Of a stretch of 61,005 nt of DNA, positions 55,276 to 61,005 are shown piece by piece. Every line of letters begins with the position of its first letter. Position 1 is the first letter of the stretch. The DNA comes from Paracoccaceae bacterium (GTDB lineage Bacteria; Pseudomonadota; Alphaproteobacteria; Rhodobacterales; Rhodobacteraceae), in assembly GCA_029247845.1 (NCBI GenBank), contig JAQWKM010000121.1, forward strand, positions 1 through 61,005, in the 5' to 3' direction. The translations under genes were made by a program, and so were the position numbers. Under the pieces are notes generated by a model. The model did no database searches. It saw nothing but the letters and a program-made list of their open reading frames with translations, and had not been told where the DNA came from.

Positions 55276-57033
55276 ATGGCAGCTAAGTTCTTCTCTGATA
55301 AAGATCGGAGCAACATCCGCTGGTTTTGGACCCACTATATGAAAGATAAGCTGCCTTGGCTTATTTTTGTCATGGTGTTGATAATCATTCAGGGCTTCGT
55401 TTATCAGCAGTTCTTAGCATTTACTGAAAAAGGCCTTCGTGTGATCTTTGAGGATGGTGCGTTCTGGGATTTGCTCAAGATTTGTGGCTTTGTAATCTTA
55501 GCGTTCAGTATGAGAGCGGCCATATCTTATATTACGCCCGTTCTTTCGGTTTGGTTAGCCAGCGATGCTGTATTCAAGCTAAGGTCTCATCTAATAAGCA
55601 AAGTTATCCATTTACGGCAAAGCTTCTTTGACACTACCAATCCGGGTGAGCTTATTTTGCGTTTGGTAAATCAAGTGGACGGAGTGAGCGCTTTTGTTGG
55701 CCAAACCACTCTAAATGCACTTAGAGACGTGGTTACGATAATTATTATTTCTGGGTACCTGATTTACAAGTCAGCAATTCTATTTGTTGCTGCTGTTGTA
55801 ATTCTTCCAATTATCTTCTTTATCCTGAAATCTGTATCAGAGAAAATCAAAAAAATTCAAACTGCATCGGAAAAAGTCTTTGGTGCTTATATGACAAGCA
55901 TCAATGAAATGTCTGGTGGCATCCGAACGATCAAAATGTCCAATCAGGAAGACACTGAAATATCGCGCATGGTGGAGGCATCAGCAGGTATTAAAGACCT
56001 TTCAATCAAACTTCAAAAGGCACAGGCTCTTGTGCTGCCCGGTATTGATCTTTCTTCAGCGTTTGTCTTTGTACTCGTGATTGGTGGTGGTGGGTATATG
56101 GTGCTATCCGACGATTTCCAAATGGATGGAGCCTCTATCATTACTTTCATTCTTGGTATGGTCATTATTTTTGATCCTGCGCGAGGCTTATCACAGTTTT
56201 TCGCCAAGCTTCAAGCAAGCCTGATTTTGCTCGATAGTATTCGGGTCTTAATGGACACCAAAGGCGAAAAAAGTAATGAAGATGGTAAAATAGCCTTTGC
56301 AGAAGATACTGTAGATATATCAATTAACAAGATTTCATTCTCCTATTTTGACGGTACAGATGTATTTGAAGATATGTCCCTCCAATTCAAAAGTGGTGCA
56401 AAGACGGCCATTGTTGGCTCTACGGGATCGGGGAAAACCACTATACTCAGCCTGATAACTAGGCTGTACGAAATTTCAGATGGCCAAATAATGTTTAATG
56501 GCAAAGATACTCGCGAGTTTACATTGGGATCGATCAGAAACTGTTTTTCTGTAGTCGCCCAAGATATTGTTATATTCAACAAAAGCATCAGAGATAATAT
56601 TCATTATGCAAAACCCTCTGCTTCGGTTGAAGATGTCGATCAAGCTGCACGTCTTGCCCGGGTTGACGGTCTGATGCATGAACGCGGGGATATCCCTGTT
56701 GGGCCAGAAGGTAGTCAATTGTCTGGCGGTCAAAAGCAACGTATTGCAATAGCCAGAGCGTTCCTAAGCCCTGCTCCGGTTTTGATATTGGACGAAGCCA
56801 CGTCCGCTTTGGATGCATTGACTGAAAAACAGGTAAATGACTCATTTGCGGAACTACAAAAAGGTAAGACGACGATCGTTGTTACGCACAAATTCGCAAG
56901 CGTTATTGATGCAGATAAAATCTATGTAATTGAGTCAGGAAAACTTGTCGAAGAGGGAACACATTTGAAATTTATGGCACGCGATAGTCTTTACAAATCT
57001 CTGTTTAATGCACAGCTCCGGGATGCGAAGTAG
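55276..57033 (+). CDS. ABC exporter, fused permease/ATPase (MsbA-like type I exporter)
   Basis: It has a six-TM N-terminal domain. The ATPase motifs are Walker A 'GSTGSGKTT', signature 'LSGGQKQRIAIARA' and Walker B 'LILDEATSALD'. Confidence 0.9.
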   Translation: MAAKFFSDKDRSNIRWFWTHYMKDKLPWLIFVMVLIIIQGFVYQQFLAFTEKGLRVIFEDGAFWDLLKICGFVILAFSMRAAISYITPVLSVWLASDAVFKLRSHLISKVIHLRQSFFDTTNPGELILRLVNQVDGVSAFVGQTTLNALRDVVTIIIISGYLIYKSAILFVAAVVILPIIFFILKSVSEKIKKIQTASEKVFGAYMTSINEMSGGIRTIKMSNQEDTEISRMVEASAGIKDLSIKLQKAQALVLPGIDLSSAFVFVLVIGGGGYMVLSDDFQMDGASIITFILGMVIIFDPARGLSQFFAKLQASLILLDSIRVLMDTKGEKSNEDGKIAFAEDTVDISINKISFSYFDGTDVFEDMSLQFKSGAKTAIVGSTGSGKTTILSLITRLYEISDGQIMFNGKDTREFTLGSIRNCFSVVAQDIVIFNKSIRDNIHYAKPSASVEDVDQAARLARVDGLMHERGDIPVGPEGSQLSGGQKQRIAIARAFLSPAPVLILDEATSALDALTEKQVNDSFAELQKGKTTIVVTHKFASVIDADKIYVIESGKLVEEGTHLKFMARDSLYKSLFNAQLRDAK

Positions 57034-57056
57034 GCGGTGCTGATAGATACCTCCAA

Positions 57057-57647
57057 ATGAACAAGAACCGAGCATGGCAAAGGATGCTTTCGGGGCGCAG
57101 GCTCGACCTGCTGGACCCTACTCCAGTTGATATCGAGATCGAAGATATTGCGCATGGGTTAGCATTTGTCGCTCGCTGGAACGGCCAAACGCAAGGCGAG
57201 TTCGCATATTCTGTTGCCGAGCATTCCCTACTCGTTGAGGCAATTTTTGCGCGCCTTTGTCCAAATGTGCCTACCAAGTGGTTGTTGGCTGCACTACTAC
57301 ATGACGCACCGGAATATGTCATTGGCGATATGATTTCGCCTGTTAAAGCCGCCGTTGGACCAGGATATGAACTGTTAGACGACAGATTGAGCCGCGCCAT
57401 TCACATTCGTTTTGGACTGCCTGCCAAAATCCCAGATTCTACCAAAAAGCAGATTAAAAAAGCAGATAAAATAAGTGCTTGGATGGAAGCCACGCAAATC
57501 GCAGGATTTAGTCTAGCTGAGGCTGATAAGTTATTTGGCAAATTTGACAGCGTATTGATTGCAGATTTGAAAATTGAACTTCGTCCGCCACTCACGGTTC
57601 GCAAAGCCTATGTTGAGCGCCACTATGAACTCTTGGAACTCTTATGA
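57057..57647 (+). CDS. HD-domain phosphohydrolase (YfbR-like)
   Basis: It has 'VAEHSLLV' and 'LLHDAPEYVIGDMISPVK' (the H...HD...D pattern). The length is 196 aa. Confidence 0.78.
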   Translation: MNKNRAWQRMLSGRRLDLLDPTPVDIEIEDIAHGLAFVARWNGQTQGEFAYSVAEHSLLVEAIFARLCPNVPTKWLLAALLHDAPEYVIGDMISPVKAAVGPGYELLDDRLSRAIHIRFGLPAKIPDSTKKQIKKADKISAWMEATQIAGFSLAEADKLFGKFDSVLIADLKIELRPPLTVRKAYVERHYELLELL

Positions 57648-58159
57648 CCGTTTGTTTTATTCGGGATGCAACACTTGAGGATGCTGCTGCGCTAACGCTC
57701 CTTATTAATCGTATTATCTTGATTGGTGGGACAACTGCCCATTTGTCCCACTTTGATGCTGAGCGGATGCAGGATATTTATATCAAGCCAACACTGGGCA
57801 TATCTTGCGTGATTGCTGAGATCAAAGGTCATATTGTTGGGTTTCAATCTCTTGAATGGTCCGATCCTGAATGGGCTGGGGCGGATCGCATTGGTACAGA
57901 CTGGGCTTTTATCGCGAGCTTTGTTGCCCCTGACAATCTTGGCAAAGGAATCGGAAAACGTCTGTTTGAGCACACCAAACAAAGAGCCCTTTCCGCAAGC
58001 GTGAATACAATTGATGCGACTATAAGAGCCGATAATGAGTCTGGACTTCGATATTACACGAGATTGGGATTTATAGAGTATGATCGAATTAGTGCCAGTC
58101 CGCTGTCAGATGGAACACTTATTGACAGAATTCGAAAAAAAATGCACCTGCTTCCCTAA
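57644..58159 (+). CDS. GNAT-family N-acetyltransferase
   Basis: It has 'VGFQSLEW' and the 'GKGIGKRLFEH' acetyl-CoA motif. It overlaps the HD gene by 4 nt. Confidence 0.8.
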   Translation: MTVCFIRDATLEDAAALTLLINRIILIGGTTAHLSHFDAERMQDIYIKPTLGISCVIAEIKGHIVGFQSLEWSDPEWAGADRIGTDWAFIASFVAPDNLGKGIGKRLFEHTKQRALSASVNTIDATIRADNESGLRYYTRLGFIEYDRISASPLSDGTLIDRIRKKMHLLP

Positions 58160-58220
58160 CAATTGCTGAAATATTTGGAATGCTACCCTCCAGAAACAGT
58201 ACGGTGCAAAAAGATGGGTT

Positions 58221-59273
58221 TTACGCGAATGCTCTGCCTGTAATAAGATAGCTCAATCCAAGTTTTGCCCCACATATAATCGATATAAGTGCAATAGGGG
58301 CGTTGAAAGACAATAATGCCATCGCAGAGAGTCCCTGACCTAATGAACAGCCATAAGCCAGAATTGCGCCAACGCCCATCAGCATGGCCCCGACGATTTG
58401 CCTTTGCAGTTCACGCGGATCCTCACAGGCCTCAAGCTTGAAATGGCCCTTCATCAAACTGCCAACCAAAGCTCCAGACCACACGCCACAGACAGAACCC
58501 ACGCCAAAGCTTGGACTGGTTCCCGAAGATGTCATTAAAAAGAGGATTGTAGAACCGATTGGCGCAGTGAAGCTATATGATACAGGGATCAATCCCGAAA
58601 AGCCAGTTTGTGCAATTAAATGTGTGCTAATCCATCCACCTGAAATTGCTATGCCGACAGCAATCGCCCAAAATATGCGTTTTTTGTCTGACCAAAACGA
58701 TTTTCTCCAAATAGATATCACTAAGATGGCTGACCCTATGAAGCCCCCGATTGCTGGAATGGGAAGTCCAGAAAGAAGGGAAAGGTGTGAAGAAATGCTT
58801 CCAGTTCGTACTTGATAGGCAGTTTCTTGCTTCATCCATGATACCGCTTCTGAAAAGGGGCCGGATGCAACTGCATATGCCGTCACTCCCATAACCAGAA
58901 CGATTACAAACGAGCGTAGATCTCCTCCGCCGAGTCGCGCCAGAGCGCCAAAACCGCAAGTCCCTGCAAATGCCATCCCGACCCCAAACAACAGCCCACC
59001 GATAAGGGTGAATAGTGGATTAAACGGAACTCTGAGATAATAACTTTCCTGCAGGATGACCCAATTCAGGGAAATCGCGATATGGACCAATAAAATGGAT
59101 GTTCCAATAGCCAAGCCCCACATTCTTGCCCTATCGAAGTTCTGCCCATAGATAGCGTCTTCAATCGTTCCTAATGTGCAGAACTGGCTCAGCCTTGCCG
59201 ATAGCCCAAGCACCAAACCTCCCAGCAGCCCCATAAGTGTCGCAAGAAGTGTCTCCGACATTAGATCAAACAA
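58221..59273 (-). CDS. YeeE/YedE-family sulfur-compound transporter (SoxT-like by context)
   Basis: The 350-aa polytopic membrane protein has two internally repeated halves. Each half carries a conserved Cys-containing motif ('RLSQFCTLG', 'FAGTCGFGA', 'LAYGCSLGQG'). Confidence 0.8.
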   Translation of the reverse strand: MFDLMSETLLATLMGLLGGLVLGLSARLSQFCTLGTIEDAIYGQNFDRARMWGLAIGTSILLVHIAISLNWVILQESYYLRVPFNPLFTLIGGLLFGVGMAFAGTCGFGALARLGGGDLRSFVIVLVMGVTAYAVASGPFSEAVSWMKQETAYQVRTGSISSHLSLLSGLPIPAIGGFIGSAILVISIWRKSFWSDKKRIFWAIAVGIAISGGWISTHLIAQTGFSGLIPVSYSFTAPIGSTILFLMTSSGTSPSFGVGSVCGVWSGALVGSLMKGHFKLEACEDPRELQRQIVGAMLMGVGAILAYGCSLGQGLSAMALLSFNAPIALISIICGAKLGLSYLITGRAFA

Positions 59274-59306
59274 AGTACTGTATACTTAAATATGCTGGGA
59301 CATTTA

Positions 59307-59639
59307 TCAGCCCTTGCAGAAAATATCATAAACCACGTCCAATATGCGCGTCGCGCGTTTGTCTGTTAAAGTGTAATAGATCGCCTTGCCCTCGCGCCTG
59401 GCTTCAACCAGCCCTTCAAGCCTTAGACGCGATAGTTGCTGGGAAACGGCTGCTTGTCGTGACGACAACAATCGCTCCAGATCGGTGACTGATTTTTCGC
59501 CGGATGCCAAGTAACATAATATCATGAGCCGACCCTCATGGCTTATAGCCTTGAGGAATTGCGACGCGGTCATCGCATTATCCATCATGCTATCGATTTC
59601 GGACTGAGAAATACTCTCAGATATTACGGGGAGCGCCAA
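59307..59639 (-). CDS. ArsR/SmtB-family transcriptional regulator (SoxR-like by context)
   Basis: It has 'LKAISHEGRLMILCYLASGEKSVTDLERLLSSRQAAVSQQLSRLRLEGLVEARREGKAIYYTL'. Confidence 0.88.
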   Translation of the reverse strand: MALPVISESISQSEIDSMMDNAMTASQFLKAISHEGRLMILCYLASGEKSVTDLERLLSSRQAAVSQQLSRLRLEGLVEARREGKAIYYTLTDKRATRILDVVYDIFCKG

Positions 59640-59648
59640 TGTTCACCT

Positions 59649-60140
59649 CTAAAAAGCTATATCGTCCTGGACGGCCTCAATTCCTGCTACCGCGCAGTCT
59701 TCGTCTAAAGTGCCACCAGGTGCTCCCGAGACTGCAATTCCTGCTACTAAACTGCCATCTCCATCAAGGACTGGCAAGCCCCCACCGACTGGCATAGCCT
59801 TTTCAAGACCACGTATTGCGGAAAGCTCTTTTCCTGCTTGCGTTAAAAGTTCAAGCTCTGAGGTCGCAGTGCGGAAAGTTACCGCTGTCCACGCCTTACG
59901 TTCAGTCATTTCAAAGACGTGAACTCCCGCGTATCTATCGCGCAGAAATACTTGTGGAATGCCAAAACGGTCCGTTACCATTACGCCTATCTGAAAGCCT
60001 TCATTTCGGCAATACTCCATTGCAACTTGTGCCATTCGTAGAGAATACTCGGGCTTTAAGGCTTTGAATTTAACAAATGGATTTTCTTCTGCATTTGCCG
60101 TTGTCGTAGCTAAGAGAGCTAGGATAAAAAATCGTATCAT
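59649..60140 (-). CDS. GlcG/HbpS-like (DUF336) haem-binding/unknown-function protein, secreted
   Basis: The signal peptide is 'MIRFFILALLATTTANA'. It has 'GGGLPVLDGDGSLVAGIAVSGAPGGTLDEDCA', typical of DUF336. Confidence 0.75.
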   Translation of the reverse strand: MIRFFILALLATTTANAEENPFVKFKALKPEYSLRMAQVAMEYCRNEGFQIGVMVTDRFGIPQVFLRDRYAGVHVFEMTERKAWTAVTFRTATSELELLTQAGKELSAIRGLEKAMPVGGGLPVLDGDGSLVAGIAVSGAPGGTLDEDCAVAGIEAVQDDIAF

Positions 60141-60496
60141 TTTTCGGTTTCCTTATACTTTGGATGTTTCAAAAGTGCTTGGTTTAAAAGCTGCCAAAAA
60201 AAGTCTTCGCTTGGATAACCTTCGATCCGTGCAACTTCAACGCCGTCCTCTAATATGATAAAAGTTGGTGTGAAAACGATAGAAGGTTGGAACCGCTTAT
60301 CGTCCAGTACTTTGTGGATATCTATGCGATGTAGAGGTGCAAATTTCCCTTCTTTGGTTTTTGCATAGATATCACCGATGTCGTCGTCCCATCGTTCGCA
60401 CCAAACACAGCCTTCTTCAGTGACCATGAGCAATTCTGTTGCTGAGGTGGTCAAAGGAGCAAATAAACCAAATATAAATATAAATTGCTTTAACAT
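60137..60496 (-). CDS. Periplasmic thioredoxin-like protein (SoxS-like)
   Basis: It has a signal peptide and the redox motif 'CVWC'. It also has 'FTPTFIILEDGVEVARIEGYPSEDFFW'. It is divergent from the ccdA-like gene. Confidence 0.72.
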   Translation of the reverse strand: MLKQFIFIFGLFAPLTTSATELLMVTEEGCVWCERWDDDIGDIYAKTKEGKFAPLHRIDIHKVLDDKRFQPSIVFTPTFIILEDGVEVARIEGYPSEDFFWQLLNQALLKHPKYKETEK

Positions 60497-60567
60497 AGGA
60501 ATTTATCCATTGCGGGCTTGAAACATATTAAATAATATGAATGTGTTTGATTGGCAAGGCCGCAGGC

Positions 60568-61005
60568 ATGTTTGAAGTCACACTATTTGGAGCCGCATTT
60601 GCAGGGATTTTATCTTTTGTTTCACCTTGCGTGCTACCTATCGTCCCTTTTTATATAAGTTATCTGGCTGGCGTTGGATTGGGTGATTTCAAAGAAGGCA
60701 CAGAAATAAGCAAAAACGTTCAGCGTCGAGCGATTCTCTCCTCACTCTTTTTTGCCAGCGGCATGGTCACGATTTTCGTGGGGATGGGAGCGACAGCAAG
60801 CGCATTTGGCCATTTAGTTCGCGAATGGTTTGGAGTTCTACGCTGGTTTGCGGCAGTGTTGATTATTTTGATGGGCCTACATTTTCTTGGATTTTTGAAA
60901 ATCAGGGCCCTTAATAGACAATTAAAATGGAAGTTGGATCCACCAAGAACTGTCCGTCGTCAGAGTTTTTGGCACCAAAGGTGGCTTAAACTAAGAGAGA
61001 TTTTG
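60568..61005 (+). CDS. Cytochrome c biogenesis / thiol:disulfide transfer membrane protein CcdA (DsbD family; SoxV-like by context); 3' end cut by window edge
   Basis: This ORF is not in the ORF track because it runs open to the window end. The translation begins 'MFEVTLFGAAFAGILSFVSPCVLPIVPFYISYLAG...'. It carries the conserved 'SPCVLP' motif. Confidence 0.8.
   Translation, partial: MFEVTLFGAAFAGILSFVSPCVLPIVPFYISYLAGVGLGDFKEGTEISKNVQRRAILSSLFFASGMVTIFVGMGATASAFGHLVREWFGVLRWFAAVLIILMGLHFLGFLKIRALNRQLKWKLDPPRTVRRQSFWHQRWLKLREIL

Noticed and set aside
1-61005. Scan for tRNA/rRNA genes, CRISPR arrays, transposases, integrases, phage or defence-system genes
   Set aside because: None was recognised. 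The intergenic regions are short, apart from 8050-8379 and 54787-55275, which lack cloverleaf-like or repeat-spacer structure. No ORF shows DDE/tyrosine-recombinase, nuclease-helicase or toxin-antitoxin hallmarks. This was an inspection by eye, not a tRNAscan or Rfam run.

Overview
This is a 61-kb chromosomal segment that looks like a marine alphaproteobacterium. Synteny such as tsaD-gpsA-yciI-EVE, hemD/mitofilin-like/hemY-like, grxC-comF facing a methyltransferase, cryB-DUF2256 and a soxS/R/T-like module facing ccdA suggests a roseobacter (Rhodobacterales). GC is roughly mid-40s % by eye and was not computed. I can support about 65 protein genes. I recognised no rRNA, tRNA, CRISPR array, transposase or prophage.

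Left to right:
1. Positions 1-6893: a co-directional block with a betaine-type ABC permease, a cytoplasmic BisC-type molybdoenzyme, a DmdA/GcvT-like demethylase, an Fe-alcohol dehydrogenase and an aldehyde dehydrogenase.
2. Positions 6988-22487: a sugar locus. It holds a CUT1-type ABC importer, four Gfo/Idh/MocA paralogues, a D-2-hydroxyacid dehydrogenase and a GH2 glycosidase. It also holds a translationally coupled SsuD-family monooxygenase / aldo-keto reductase / flavin reductase triad facing a GntR regulator. That triad plus regulator has the architecture of the sulfoquinovose monooxygenase (sulfo-SMO) pathway, but no GH31 sulfoquinovosidase is present. I consider this the most interesting system in the window.
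3. Positions 25349-33137: a 10-gene Mrp/Mbh-like cation/proton antiporter module in the order E-F-G-DUF4040-B-C-D-D-x-D, with three antiporter-like subunits and an extra small membrane protein.
4. Positions 33-48 kb: a housekeeping stretch (marR, grxC, hemH, two c-type cytochromes, an FeS (6-4)-photolyase/CryB-like gene plus DUF2256, ahcY, gpsA, tsaD, hemD and others). It contains four damaged genes: a comF remnant, an EVE-domain remnant, a DUF2853 gene with an in-frame TGA, and a YciI gene with no canonical start codon.
5. Positions 49-55 kb: an amidohydrolase, a DDAH-like enzyme, a VOC protein and an FAD oxidase, together with an orphan amino-acid ABC binding protein and an oversized permease.
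6. Positions 55-61 kb: an MsbA-like exporter, an HD hydrolase, a GNAT, and a SoxT/SoxR/SoxS-like thiol/sulfur module facing a truncated ccdA (soxV-like) gene.

All calls come from reading translated motifs and gene context. No database search or computation was run.
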